A DNA stretch of 64,000 nt from Pedobacter sp. (lineage in GTDB: Bacteria; Desulfobacterota; Desulfuromonadia; Desulfuromonadales; Syntrophotaleaceae): positions 1,695,660-1,759,659 of the forward strand of contig JBFWJC010000001.1 of assembly GCA_050253415.1 (NCBI GenBank). The letters run 5' to 3'. Made by a program: the position numbers and the translations under genes. A model generated the notes under the pieces. The model searched no databases. It had not been told where the DNA came from and saw only the letters and a list, made by a program, of their open reading frames with translations. This document shows, in pieces, positions 1 to 9,621 of this stretch; positions within the stretch are counted from its first letter, which is position 1; every line of letters begins with the position of its first letter.

Positions 1-212
1 CCAAGTTGTTTGGCCTGGGATTTCAGTTTGCGTGCAGCTGTGTGGTGCAGAAAATCAGTGAAAAACAACACCGCGTCGACATGATCCGGAATGGTATTCT
101 TGGCTACCTTGCTGTTGCGGGCCGGCCAGTGGGTAATGCGGGTGGCTCCTATTTCTTCAAGTCGGGGTATGATTGCACCGATCCGGTCTGCACCAATAAT
201 AAGAATGGACAT
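1..212 (-). CDS. DUF2325-family protein (5' part; runs off the window start)
   Basis: Not in the ORF track. Hand translation from ATG 212: MSILIIGADRIGAIIPRLEEIGATRITHWPARNSKVAKNTIPDHVDAVLFFTDFLHHTAARKLKSQAKQL, which fits the DUF2325 pattern. AGGA/AGGT RBS-like sequence upstream. Confidence 0.75.
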   Translation of the reverse strand, partial: MSILIIGADRIGAIIPRLEEIGATRITHWPARNSKVAKNTIPDHVDAVLFFTDFLHHTAARKLKSQAKQL

Positions 213-276
213 AACACCTATTCCTTTTGATTGTAAAATCTGTGATAGTTTGCACCTGTCGTTAACCTTACAGAAA

Positions 277-293
277 TTGAAAACCGTTTTCAA
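277..293. promoter_or_regulatory. Perfect 8-1-8 palindrome TTGAAAAC-C-GTTTTCAA, probable Fur box
   Basis: Palindrome seen directly, 65 bp upstream of the DUF2325 gene; resembles the deltaproteobacterial Fur consensus TTGAAAATCATTTTCAA. Confidence 0.6.
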
Positions 294-365
294 GTAAATA
301 AAATTCGAATGCAATAGGAAAAGGTCTGAATGTCCATTGGGGGATGAAGCTATAGGCAGGCGGTT

Positions 366-394
366 GATGCGGGGGAGACGGGCGCCCCCGCATC
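366..394 (-). terminator. Hairpin downstream of ppnP
   Basis: GATGCGGGGG / CCCCCGCATC 10-bp stem, 12 bp past the stop. Confidence 0.6.
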
Positions 395-405
395 GTTATA
401 ATTGT

Positions 406-720
406 TTATTTCAGGTAGGAACAGCAGTAGTCGGCGACTTCTTTAACCTTGAGGGAAAACTTGGAATTGGCCGGTACCTCGAAGCTCTGGCCTTCACTGA
501 AGGTCTGCCATGAATCGGCGCCGGGCAACAGTACTTCCATGGAACCGCCGAGCATTTCCATGATTTCGGCTGCTGCGGTATCAAATTCGTAGTCTCCCGG
601 CATCATGATGCCAAGGGTTTTTTTAGTGCCATCGGCAAACATGACAGTGCGACTGGTAACTTTTCCGTCAAAATAAACATTGGCTTTTTTGATGATGGTG
701 ACATTTTTGAATTCTGACAT
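406..720 (-). CDS. ppnP: Pyrimidine/purine nucleoside phosphorylase (DUF1255)
   Basis: [13 protein letters not shown]...[13 protein letters not shown]...DYCCSY signature; GGAG RBS. Confidence 0.9.
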   Translation of the reverse strand: MSEFKNVTIIKKANVYFDGKVTSRTVMFADGTKKTLGIMMPGDYEFDTAAAEIMEMLGGSMEVLLPGADSWQTFSEGQSFEVPANSKFSLKVKEVADYCCSYLK

Positions 721-1200
721 GGGTCTGCTCTCCTGACATGGTATGAATGAAATATCCTGTCCCGATAGAGGGGAAGGGAATGTTTATAAAAAGCGGCTAC
801 ACGAACGCCTGAATCATGGTTTGACTGTTCGCGAAAGTCAAATAAAACCTTGCTTCTTGTAAAAAATTGCCGGAAAAATCAGTCGACGGCGGTTTGGCGT
901 GTGGTGCAACCGGAATAACATTCTTGATGTCAGAAGAAGGAGATTATTGCCTCATCCAACCATCACCTCTTATTTCAAAATCGCCGCACGTTCTTGTATC
1001 AAAACCATTCCACACGCTGTTGGCATGGGCGGCATTCAGGTACCTGATATATCCCTGGGAACAGTTTTGATTTACCAAATACGACAGCCTAACTCTTTAG
1101 AATCAAGTTGGGCCGTTTAGTGATTTGGAAATGGCAAATTATAGGAAGGCCGAACAGTAAACGTCGCACCTTCGAAGTCTAATCCTGTAGCTCTCGAGGT

Positions 1201-2145
1201 TCACGGCGCCGATGGCTCCGTCTCGATTTGCCTCTGGAGTCTCTCCTGGTTTTTATACTCTTTTGTCTTGATAGTAAGGTAATCCTCCCTATCCAGTTCA
1301 TAAAGTTGTTGCCTGTAGCGATTCGTAAGATCGTTCCAATCGTCGATTCTCATCTTGAAACGACTTTCCTCCGGATAGTGCAATGTTTCCATGAAGGATT
1401 GGATCGCGAAATAGTACCGCGCAGCGTTGCGCTCAAGCGCCCCGCGGGGCCCATGGATATAGACGGGGTTTCCGTCATGATCTGTGCCGGTTATGGTGAA
1501 ACCGACCTTGTCCCGACCGAGTGTCGCAAAATAGATTTTTTCCGCGAGGCGAAAGACAAAACTGTCACTGTATGCATATCTGACATGAGCAAAAGTCCTT
1601 CCCCCGTCAAGAGGCAGGGCCTCAAACCTCATCAGGTGATCTTTCGTACCCAAAGGACCTTCCTCGGCACTGAGAACGATATTCAGAAAATCAGGTTGTT
1701 GATCGACTTTTCGGTAATGGTAAATGATTTCATGCGCATCTTCTGGCGCTTTATACACCTTGCGTCCAACGTAAAGGGTCAGCAGCCACTCATCCTGCAG
1801 CTCCCGGTACGTACAGGCCTTGACATTCGGGTGCAGAAATAATATTTCGCACCAGTTTGCCGGAACCTTGACCACGTCGGCGACGCCACCGTAAGGATAA
1901 TCAAAAACCCCGTAGACATCCACCGTCACTCTATGGTCGCGTTCAAAAGACTCAAGAAATAGAGGAAAACCAAAACTGTTTCTCTCCAATGCCGGCATGT
2001 TCCTGTGGTAGGTATCGCGCAGGATGTCCCGTTCCCGCGGGGGTTGTTCGACTGCTGGCGCCAAATCGGCAGAAAAAAGAAACGCCGTTGCCACCATGCA
2101 CAAGAATAATTTCGAAAGTTTTCTGAACGCCATCATCTGATTCAC
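1201..2145 (-). CDS. Exported hypothetical protein
   Basis: 314-aa ORF with signal-peptide-like N-terminus; start codon uncertain. Confidence 0.7.
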   Translation of the reverse strand: MNQMMAFRKLSKLFLCMVATAFLFSADLAPAVEQPPRERDILRDTYHRNMPALERNSFGFPLFLESFERDHRVTVDVYGVFDYPYGGVADVVKVPANWCEILFLHPNVKACTYRELQDEWLLTLYVGRKVYKAPEDAHEIIYHYRKVDQQPDFLNIVLSAEEGPLGTKDHLMRFEALPLDGGRTFAHVRYAYSDSFVFRLAEKIYFATLGRDKVGFTITGTDHDGNPVYIHGPRGALERNAARYYFAIQSFMETLHYPEESRFKMRIDDWNDLTNRYRQQLYELDREDYLTIKTKEYKNQERLQRQIETEPSAP

Positions 2146-2351
2146 TTTTCCGGCGATAAACCGCCCCTCAGCGGAAAGGCTTTCTCGGGCTGCATGAGGC
2201 AGGATAGATCACCACTTCGTTGCCGGCTGTTGCATAAGAGCAGCAGCCGGCAATATTCCCTGGGGCTGCACATTGTTCTGCGGATCTTTAACTCCCTGGT
2301 CCTACGGGCATAAAGACATCATGAACGGATACCCCAAACAAGCCATCGGGG

Positions 2352-2666
2352 CTATCTTACAATCAGGTTGTTTTTTACAGCCACGACACCGTTGACGCCC
2401 CGGGCAACTTCTTCAGCCCTTATGGCATGTTGGCGCGAATCGACAAAACCGCTTAACTGAACTTCCCCTTTGAAGGTCTCGACGTTGATCTGCAAGACTT
2501 TCAGCTCTGAATCTGCAAAGATTGCGGTTTTTACCTTGGTGGTAATTACCGTATCATCAATATATTCACCGGTTCCTTCTTGTTTACTTGTGGAAGCACA
2601 TCCCACGAATGTGGCCAACAGTACTAAACAAACAAGTAATCCTACAATGCGATGCTTCTTTAACAT
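2352..2666 (-). CDS. BON-domain (OsmY-like) lipoprotein
   Basis: Lipobox FVGC; DDTVITTKVK...INVETFKGEVQLSGFV BON motif; AGGAG RBS. Confidence 0.9.
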   Translation of the reverse strand: MLKKHRIVGLLVCLVLLATFVGCASTSKQEGTGEYIDDTVITTKVKTAIFADSELKVLQINVETFKGEVQLSGFVDSRQHAIRAEEVARGVNGVVAVKNNLIVR

Positions 2667-2706
2667 GATTATTGCTCCTTTTGTTGGTTGAATATTGCGT
2701 TTACTT

Positions 2707-3030
2707 TCATTCTACGCGCACCTCTTTTACTCTTTCCCATCCCGCCACGGACGCAATTGTGCTAAACGTAACGTCAGGCTCTTTGTCGAGCAGTTTCATG
2801 GCTCCGACCAGAACACCGAAAAGAACGGACCGCAGATGGGTCTCCAGGTCCTCCCCGCTCTGCCACTCCTCCTTGAACAAAATGGTGGTTTCAGCTTCAA
2901 CATCCACGTAGCAATTACAACTCAGACAGCCATTCTCGCGTCGGATTGGCCCGAGTATCGCGGTAAGGGTTTGCAGGACCTCTTTTCTCTTTTCGCGTGA
3001 CACGGTCATTTTAATCGTGGCGTCGATCAT
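2707..3030 (-). CDS. Antibiotic-biosynthesis-monooxygenase (ABM) family protein
   Basis: RRENGCLSCNCY...EEWQSGEDLETHLRS ABM pattern. Confidence 0.8.
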   Translation of the reverse strand: MIDATIKMTVSREKRKEVLQTLTAILGPIRRENGCLSCNCYVDVEAETTILFKEEWQSGEDLETHLRSVLFGVLVGAMKLLDKEPDVTFSTIASVAGWERVKEVRVE

Positions 3031-3068
3031 AGGCTTTCACCTTGGGTGATAAAACAATTGGGAGATCT

Positions 3069-3257
3069 CTACCCCACATGAATCGAAGACAGGTAACTTA
3101 ACAGTCCAAAAACTTTCAAGAGCCACAAGATCACGACAATGACCACAACGGCGTTCAAGATTGTCTTTATGGATCCCGCCATAGGGATAAATCGATTAAC
3201 GAGCCAAAGCAGAACACCAACCACAATCAGGGCCACTATTATTTGAATTAACGGCAT
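3069..3257 (-). CDS. Small two-TM membrane protein (Thivi_2564-like)
   Basis: MPLIQIIVALIVVGVLLWLVNRFIPMAGSIKTILNAVVVIVVILWLLKVFG. ATG 3257 preferred over GTG 3269 because GGAGG precedes it. Confidence 0.8.
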   Translation of the reverse strand: MPLIQIIVALIVVGVLLWLVNRFIPMAGSIKTILNAVVVIVVILWLLKVFGLLSYLSSIHVG

Positions 3258-3420
3258 GAGCTGATTCACCTCCCTCTGTTGATCGTGGAAACAGACTCCA
3301 TAGGACCTCTACCGATTGTGCGGACAGCTTCACCCATGATCACTTCCTTCGCACCGGTACAAGCAAGCGTGCAGAGCGACGAAGAGATTGGGGTAAAGAG
3401 CAGTTTCGGATGAAAACCAA

Positions 3421-3576
3421 CTAAATTCGACCCAACAGTAACAGGATGATCAGAATCAAAAGCACCAATCCAAGCCCGCCACTGGGATAGTACCCCCACT
3501 TCCGGCTGTGAGGCCAAGTGGGCAACGCTCCCAGAAACAGCAAAACCAGAACGATGATCAAAATTGTTCCTAACAT
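3421..3576 (-). CDS. DUF3309-family small membrane protein (51 aa)
   Basis: Not in the ORF track. MLGTILIIVLVLLFLGALPTWPHSRKWGYYPSGGLGLVLLILIILLLLGRI*; the LPTWPHSRxWGYYPSGGLG motif is diagnostic. Confidence 0.9.
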   Translation of the reverse strand: MLGTILIIVLVLLFLGALPTWPHSRKWGYYPSGGLGLVLLILIILLLLGRI

Positions 3577-3683
3577 GGCGTTTTCCTTTCATCAGAGAAC
3601 AATCTGCTTGCGTGACAGTTCAGCTACCCGGTCTGCCTTTTGCAAAAAGTCCGACCAGCTCCCTGGCTCGCATAAAAATAAAT

Positions 3684-3700
3684 TGCAACTACCGGACCAG
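3684..3700 (-). promoter_or_regulatory. Sigma54 (-24/-12) promoter for the DUF3309-ABM-BON cluster
   Basis: Minus strand CTGGTCCGGTAGTTGCA = TGG-N8-TTGCA, the exact sigma54 spacing; lies downstream of a sigma54 activator gene. Confidence 0.7.
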
Positions 3701-3796
3701 AGAAGGAAGGCGGCCACTGCGAGTCTAAGGGTTTGATTATACGTAGAAAAAATAGAGGAGTAGCGGACGAAAGGGAGGTAAACCGTCAGCGCAGCC

Positions 3797-3828
3797 CGCC
3801 ATATTTGACGTAACTGCCATATGTGGCG
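3797..3828. promoter_or_regulatory. Two tandem imperfect palindromes, putative enhancer (UAS) of the adjacent activator
   Basis: CGCCATATTTGACG (3797-3810) and TGCCATATGTGGCG (3815-3828), about 100-130 bp upstream of the -24 box. Confidence 0.55.
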
Positions 3829-3863
3829 GATCAGCATGAGGGAAACGCTCTGCCCGTTTAACT

Positions 3864-5585
3864 TTATGGTCGGTGGATGTCGTATTTCCGCATCCGGGCG
3901 CGAAGAGTGCTGGGGTTGAGGCCAAGGAGTACCGCCGCCCCGTTTTCCCCCTCGATCCGCCATCCGGTTTTCTGGAGCACCCGGACTATGTGGTCGCGTT
4001 CCAGTTCGGCGAGGGCTTTCATGTCCTGCTCCGGCAAATCTCCGGTTTTTAGGAAAGTGTCAAACCTGTCCAGTACCTGCAACAGGGGCCCCTGACTGGT
4101 GATTACTGACCGCTCGATGACACTTTCCAACTCCCGCACGTTGCCGGGCCAGGAGTATTGCTGGAGGGCACAGAGCGTTTCTTTCGATACGGCCTCTATC
4201 TTCTTGCCCATTTTCTTGTTGAATTTGGCCACGAAATAATGGACGAGCAGCGGGATGTCTTCCTTGCGCTGCCGCAGCGGCGGGATCGTGATGGGAAAAA
4301 CATTGAGCCTGTAGAACAGATCTTGCCGAAACCTGCCGTTGCGGATCTCTTCCTCCAGATTCCGGTTGGTGGTGGCGATGATCCGCACATTGACTTTGAT
4401 GGTGTGGGGACTGCCCAGGCGCTCGAACTCACCATCCTGAATGACCCGAAGTAGTTTGCACTGCAACTCCAGTGGCATCTCGCCGATTTCGTCGAGGAGT
4501 ATGGTGCCGCCGTGGGCCAGCTCAAAGCGCCCGATCTGCCGGACGTTCGCCCCGGTGAATGCACCCTTCTCCCGCCCGAAGAGCTCGCTTTCGATGAGGT
4601 TTGCCGGCAGTGCCGTGCAGTTGACGGTGATCATCGGCCGGTCCCTGCGGGAACTTCTGCCGTGAATGGCGCGTGCTACCACACCCTTGCCGGTGCCGGT
4701 CTCGCCAAGCAGGAGAACTGTTGCGTCCTGGGGCGCCACTTGTTCGATGCGGAAGAATACATACGCGATGGCGTCGCTTTGACCGATGATCTCGCTGAAA
4801 TTATGCTCCCCGGAAACCTGCTGTCGCAGATAAACGTTCTCAGCCTGGAGCCGGTCTTTTAACTCCTTGATTTGGGCAAGCGCCCCCCGGAGTGACTCTT
4901 CAGTCCCCTTGCGCATATCTATTTCCCGCAAAAGCAGCGCCTTCGCCCTGGTCAGCTCTTTAGTCCGCTGAAGCACGGTCAGCTCCAGCTTGTCATGGGC
5001 ATCGCGGAGCGCCGATTCCATCTGATTGTGACGTGTGCTGTCAATGATCGAGGTAAGGATAGAAACTTCCTTGTCTTCGGTTTCTCCCACCGCTACGCTC
5101 TGCAATTGTCCGTGGGTCACCGTACCGTCTTTTCCCACAAATCGGAGCTCACAGCGCTGCATGCCCTGTCTTTGCAAAACACTTTCGATATGACGGGAAA
5201 AACTCTCTTTCCCCGCCGCATCGGCAATAAAACGGTTAAGGGGTTTATTGACCAACTGCCGCCGCTCAACTCCCAAGAGCTGCGCGCCGACGATATTCAC
5301 CTCCTGAATCCGTCCGCGCACGTCAAGGGTGAAATAGCCGACAGGTGCCAGGTCATAGAGTTCGGCATATTTGTTCTGCGTTACCTGAAGCTCATTTCGA
5401 ACCCGACGCAGTTCTTCGTTCTGCATCTCCAGCTCAACCTGGTGTACCTGCAGTTCATGGAGGTGGCGGCGCAGATCGGCGCCGCTCCGGGGAAGACTCT
5501 CCTTTGTGTCTTTCGACCTCAGCTGCGCTTCAACGCAGCGGCGCAGTTCAGCAGCCTTGTCCGATGAGCTTTCTTCTTTTTTCAC
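3864..5585 (-). CDS. PAS-domain sigma54-dependent transcriptional activator (NtrC/FhlA family, Fis HTH)
   Basis: GETGTGK Walker [37 protein letters not shown]-terminal HTH; N-terminal PAS. Confidence 0.95.
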   Translation of the reverse strand: MKKEESSSDKAAELRRCVEAQLRSKDTKESLPRSGADLRRHLHELQVHQVELEMQNEELRRVRNELQVTQNKYAELYDLAPVGYFTLDVRGRIQEVNIVGAQLLGVERRQLVNKPLNRFIADAAGKESFSRHIESVLQRQGMQRCELRFVGKDGTVTHGQLQSVAVGETEDKEVSILTSIIDSTRHNQMESALRDAHDKLELTVLQRTKELTRAKALLLREIDMRKGTEESLRGALAQIKELKDRLQAENVYLRQQVSGEHNFSEIIGQSDAIAYVFFRIEQVAPQDATVLLLGETGTGKGVVARAIHGRSSRRDRPMITVNCTALPANLIESELFGREKGAFTGANVRQIGRFELAHGGTILLDEIGEMPLELQCKLLRVIQDGEFERLGSPHTIKVNVRIIATTNRNLEEEIRNGRFRQDLFYRLNVFPITIPPLRQRKEDIPLLVHYFVAKFNKKMGKKIEAVSKETLCALQQYSWPGNVRELESVIERSVITSQGPLLQVLDRFDTFLKTGDLPEQDMKALAELERDHIVRVLQKTGWRIEGENGAAVLLGLNPSTLRARMRKYDIHRP

Positions 5586-5740
5586 GCGTGACCTCGCCTC
5601 ACAAGCCTGTATCGTGTGCCGTGCTCCCCCCCCTGAAAAAAGTCGCAGTCGATGAGGATTCGCTTCCTTGCACTTTCAATCATGTGGCAGGAGCCGGTTA
5701 CATCCTGATCGGCACAGTGGAATGACAGTTTTATGGGCAT
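5582..5740 (-). pseudogene. Truncated N-terminus of an MBL-fold (beta-CASP type) metallo-hydrolase
   Basis: MPIKLSFHCADQDVTGSCHMIESARKRILIDCDFFQGG matches the family start (MKLxFxGAxxxVTGSCH...ILIDCGxFQG) with conserved Gly residues mutated; the ORF stops shortly after. Strong AAGGAG RBS. Confidence 0.7.
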
Positions 5741-5940
5741 CTCCTTAATAAGCGTACCACAGACAGGCACTGCAGGCATCCTGTCGGGAATCCGTTTAAC
5801 CGGTAAATGCGGATATGCTGGATTAGTAATGGGGGTAAGGTCATGGTGATGGCCTGCCAGTCATGGAAATTTTCTGCAAGCACTGTATTTCCGACGCTAC
5901 TTATTTGAATTGGAAATCCTAGTTCGGTGACTCTTTAAGA

Positions 5941-5973
5941 GAAAAGCCCACCGGTTCGCCTGGTGGGCCTTTC
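5941..5973 (-). terminator. Intrinsic terminator after the RelA/SpoT-domain gene
   Basis: GCCCACC/GGTGGGC stem flanked by AAAA and TTT. Confidence 0.6.
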
Positions 5974-6068
5974 ATGTCTGATGGGCGGTGATTTACGGGA
6001 CGACTTGGGCGGTGAATCGAGATCTTTTATAATGATCGGGGCTATTCACGGCTCCTTCTGGTGATAAA

Positions 6069-7151
6069 TTAGGCATAGTCCCCCCGGTATGTTGTCAGCC
6101 ATCCCTTAAAGCGATCTTTTGGCCCCTTGGATAAAATCCGATTGAAGGTTTCCTGGTCGTAGAGATACAGACAGTGCCGGATCAATGTGTAGGGACTGAA
6201 GGTGTTGTCCGGGTTCTGTGCCATGAAATAATCGCTATAATCTCTGACGGTTTTCAGATTCTCATTCAAGCTTTTGTGCAGATCCGACTTTTGAAAACCA
6301 CTATCCAGTTTCAGAATGTCCTGGACGAAATCGTCAACTTTATAGTCTTCAAATTCAAAATCCCTGAAAAAATGTCCCGCCACACGCAGAAAGCTAAAAG
6401 CATTGACAGTTTTTTCACTGACCGCCGTTGCAGGCTGCCCTGAAATCTCCCTGCTGTCATCAAGGGGATCGCTGATCGAAGCCACCGTGGCTTGCTGGAT
6501 GAGCTCCGTGGTGGCGTTGCGGATCTCTTTGAACTCACGGTCGGCCAACTCAAACAGTGCGGAGAGAACATTGATCCTGCGTTTGAGGTCATTGGGGATC
6601 GATTTTTTGTATTTGATTTTGTGGTCCAGCACACTCCAGGCATCCTGTATCAAAGACCTGATCTGCACTTCGAAGGGATAGTCGGCATACTGCTGGTATT
6701 TCGGCAAGGAGCTCATCCGATCGTTCAGGGCAAGGTCCATGTGCAGGCCTTTGTAGCCAAACGAATCCTCTGTACTCTCAACGGCCGAGATCTTGTCGGT
6801 GACGTCGATAATCTTGAAGTGTTGCTTCAACACATCAGACACCATTTCAATCTGGTCCTCATAGAGGCAGATGATACGGATGCCGATCAGGTCGGAAAGG
6901 TAGTCTTTGATCTCGTATGGATGTTCATCCGCTTCGAGTTTGCTTTGATATTTTCGGTGAAATTTTTTAATGCACTCCTCTTTATCCTTGACCCGTCCTT
7001 CGATTTTTGTCACCTCGCCGATATCAGTCCCCTTGAGTGACGATCTGATAATGCGTATATAGGCCCTCCTGGCATTCTCCAAGAGTTTACAATTGCTGTC
7101 GTAGAATTTCCGGAAGGAATCTTTTTCCTTTTCAAAGTCCAGAGAGGCCAA
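6069..7151 (-). CDS. RelA/SpoT synthetase-domain protein (small alarmone synthetase-like) with C-terminal extension
   Basis: GRVKDKEECIKK, DLIGIRII, GYKGLH, EVQIRS, HKIKYK synthetase motifs; no HD domain. TTG 7151 start preferred (AAGGAG RBS); ORF track start is 7196. Confidence 0.85.
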   Translation of the reverse strand: MASLDFEKEKDSFRKFYDSNCKLLENARRAYIRIIRSSLKGTDIGEVTKIEGRVKDKEECIKKFHRKYQSKLEADEHPYEIKDYLSDLIGIRIICLYEDQIEMVSDVLKQHFKIIDVTDKISAVESTEDSFGYKGLHMDLALNDRMSSLPKYQQYADYPFEVQIRSLIQDAWSVLDHKIKYKKSIPNDLKRRINVLSALFELADREFKEIRNATTELIQQATVASISDPLDDSREISGQPATAVSEKTVNAFSFLRVAGHFFRDFEFEDYKVDDFVQDILKLDSGFQKSDLHKSLNENLKTVRDYSDYFMAQNPDNTFSPYTLIRHCLYLYDQETFNRILSKGPKDRFKGWLTTYRGDYA

Positions 7152-7522
7152 GATTGGCTCCTTATCCGTTAACGTACCATGGAGACTTCGTGTCATCCCA
7201 TTGCACTTATTGCAAGGCCGAAGAATGGAGATTGACTAGTCACTAGTCTTCCAGGCACTCTTGCGTTATAAAACTGACTTCCAAGTGACCCAATTAACAA
7301 TAAAAGCCACCTTCATTACTATAGGTGGTTTTCACTTCCTTTCATTATCCCCTCCTGGTCATCTCCACAAATCTGCATAAATAAGACCGTGCCAATTTAA
7401 CCTCGTCGGAAATTAACGTCAAAGTGAATCGCTCTTAGATTCTTAGACATTCCTTTTTGTGGATGTGGTTTGGGGTAGCCTCACCCAGAATTTCGACAGA
7501 TTAATATTGCGGGATCTTTGTG

Positions 7523-7551
7523 TTGACCATAGCGGTGGTACCGCCTATAGT
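7523..7551 (+). promoter_or_regulatory. Sigma70 promoter TTGACC-N17-TATAGT
   Basis: Near-consensus boxes with a 17-bp spacer, about 40 bp before ATG 7590. Confidence 0.65.
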
Positions 7552-7589
7552 TTCGACATTGAAGTAATCTCATAAAAAGGGAGGTCTGC

Positions 7590-8645
7590 ATGGACAAAGA
7601 CCAGGCTCAGCGTCGCGCTGACCGTATCCGTGCCTTCGGGGAAGAACTGGAGGCACTGGAAAAAGAAGATATTCTGGTTCTGGATGAACAGCAGAAGACT
7701 TGCCTTGCCCAACATCACCAGACTCTTCTGTCGCAGTTTTCCTCTTTATACGATGTCGATATCAGCGGTGCCGATAAACAGCTGAGTTGGAGTATGCGCA
7801 TCGTTTCCTTTCTTGGCGCCTTGGCGTTGTCTGCGGCGGTTTTCTTTTTCTTTTATCGTTTCTGGGGATTGCTCGGCACCCCGCCTCAGGTTGGAATTTT
7901 AGTCGGAGCGCCGATGGTCGCTGTCGTCGGTGTCGATTTTGCGGCCAGACGTGAAAAAACCCATTATTTCGCCTCTCTTTTCAGTCTTATAGCTTTTACT
8001 TCATTTGTTCTTAACCTGTCCGTTCTAGGCACCATTTTTAATATTACCCCCAGTCAAAACGCCTTCCTGGTGTGGGGTGTTTTCGCCCTTATCCTCGCTT
8101 ACGCTCTCGGACTTCGGTTAATGCTGGTTGCTGGCATGACCTGCGTTTTAGGTTACCTGGCAGCAACTGTCGGTACCTGGGGGGGATGTTACTGGCTTTC
8201 CTTCGGAGAGCGACCGGAGAATTTTGTTATCGCCGGTGCATTGCTGGTGGCAGCTGGGTCTTTACCTCATCGTCGCCATGACGATTTCCCGAATCTCTAT
8301 CGGGGTTATGGTCTGCTCACGATCTTTATCGCCATCCTTATTCTGTCAAACTGGGGGCAGGGCAGTTATCTTCCCTGGTCGTCCGGTGTTATCGAAGCGA
8401 GCTATCAGGTCCTTGGGTTTCTCTTGTCCGGAGGCGTCATCGCGCTGGGGATTCGGCGGCAATGGTCGGGGCTGACCAATCTGGGTAGTACTTTTTTCGT
8501 GCTTTATCTGTATACCAAGTTTTTCGACTGGTGGTGGGACTGGATGCCTAAGTATTTGTTCTTTTTCGTCCTCGGCCTTTGCGCGATTCTGATTTTGCTG
8601 GTACTCAAGCGGTTGCGGGCTGCCGCCCGAGGAGGTATGGCATGA
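7590..8645 (+). CDS. DUF2157-type multi-pass membrane protein
   Basis: About 9 hydrophobic segments, KFFDWWWDWMPKYLFF motif, GGAGG RBS. Confidence 0.75.
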   Translation: MDKDQAQRRADRIRAFGEELEALEKEDILVLDEQQKTCLAQHHQTLLSQFSSLYDVDISGADKQLSWSMRIVSFLGALALSAAVFFFFYRFWGLLGTPPQVGILVGAPMVAVVGVDFAARREKTHYFASLFSLIAFTSFVLNLSVLGTIFNITPSQNAFLVWGVFALILAYALGLRLMLVAGMTCVLGYLAATVGTWGGCYWLSFGERPENFVIAGALLVAAGSLPHRRHDDFPNLYRGYGLLTIFIAILILSNWGQGSYLPWSSGVIEASYQVLGFLLSGGVIALGIRRQWSGLTNLGSTFFVLYLYTKFFDWWWDWMPKYLFFFVLGLCAILILLVLKRLRAAARGGMA

Positions 8646-9508
8646 ACCGTCGATATCTGTATGCCGCCCTTGGTTTGCTGCTATTGGTCAATGCTGTGGT
8701 GCTTGTCGGTGTAGCTCGCAATCGTAGCGGCGTTCCCGACGCCAGCCTTACGCTTAGCGAACGCGAACTGCCCCTATCCTGGGATTTCAGGGATCGGGAG
8801 AATACCGGCGTCTCCCTGCAGCTTAATGTCAATTTCGATAACGAGGAACAGCAATGGTTCAATGAAAGTAAATTGGCGGAACTCGGTTTTGATACCCGCC
8901 ATGACAGGGAAGAGGAACTGGGATACACCAAGCGGGTCTTGCCAAAAAAAGCGTTTGTGGTGCTGGAATATGAGGGGGAGGCATGGCAGCGGTATCGGCA
9001 GCGTCAGCTCGATGAGATTGCGGCAATACCCCTGAAAGTCGCGCAGGGTAAACTGGAGTCTGAAGACGCAGAAAGACAGATCAAAGAAAAGCGTTTTCAA
9101 CTGTCGGTAGTGTCGCGCCTTTTCAGTGTGGACGCCGGATTGGATCCCGGGGTTTTTCGCGACAAATACCCCGACAGAGCCCGTTACATCATTGTTCCTG
9201 CTCAGGTTCGCATGCACATTGACAGGCGCCCCAAATCATCAGGCCAGGGAGGTGGGATTGTTTCGGGCCGTGTACAGCGGATCCTGGTCAATCAGGTGCA
9301 CGTGCCACGTATCTTTCATCGACAGTTACAGACGTTGCCTCAAAAAGCGCGCATTCAGCCAGGATATACTTATTACAATCCTGAAGATCCGGCGCAAATT
9401 CGTTATCATGTACAGATTGCCTTTGGTCAGCGACTGGAACCATGGATAACGGAGATTAAAGTGCTTGACGCTCAAGATTTGCATGATGCGGGCTTAAAAG
9501 GGTTGTGA
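8642..9508 (+). CDS. DUF4824-type membrane-anchored protein
   Basis: ATG 8642 overlaps the upstream stop (ATGA) and has a GGAGG RBS; N-terminal TM, LTLSEREL and FGQRLEPW motifs. Confidence 0.7.
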   Translation: MNRRYLYAALGLLLLVNAVVLVGVARNRSGVPDASLTLSERELPLSWDFRDRENTGVSLQLNVNFDNEEQQWFNESKLAELGFDTRHDREEELGYTKRVLPKKAFVVLEYEGEAWQRYRQRQLDEIAAIPLKVAQGKLESEDAERQIKEKRFQLSVVSRLFSVDAGLDPGVFRDKYPDRARYIIVPAQVRMHIDRRPKSSGQGGGIVSGRVQRILVNQVHVPRIFHRQLQTLPQKARIQPGYTYYNPEDPAQIRYHVQIAFGQRLEPWITEIKVLDAQDLHDAGLKGL

Positions 9509-9541
9509 CCCTCGTCGGAATAGGATTGTTTGATGAAAAAT

Positions 9542-9569
9542 GGGGCTGGTTACTATAGCAACCAGCCCC
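9542..9569. terminator. Hairpin between convergent genes
   Basis: GGGGCTGGTT / AACCAGCCCC stem. Confidence 0.6.
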
Positions 9570-9621
9570 TTCTGTATCGTATCTATCGGGTTAACCGGCT
9601 GGTTAACCCTTTTGATAACAG

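Noticed and set aside
867..1120. Short overlapping ORFs between ppnP and the exported protein
   Set aside because: No RBS or motif support; a decayed gene cannot be excluded but cannot be supported.
3266..3592. 108-aa minus-strand ORF in the track
   Set aside because: It overlaps the clearly recognisable DUF3309 gene in another frame.
7378..7396. TGGCACG sigma54-like box on the minus strand (also near 48320-48336)
   Set aside because: The -24 element is present but the -12 position reads TATT or TACC instead of TTGC.
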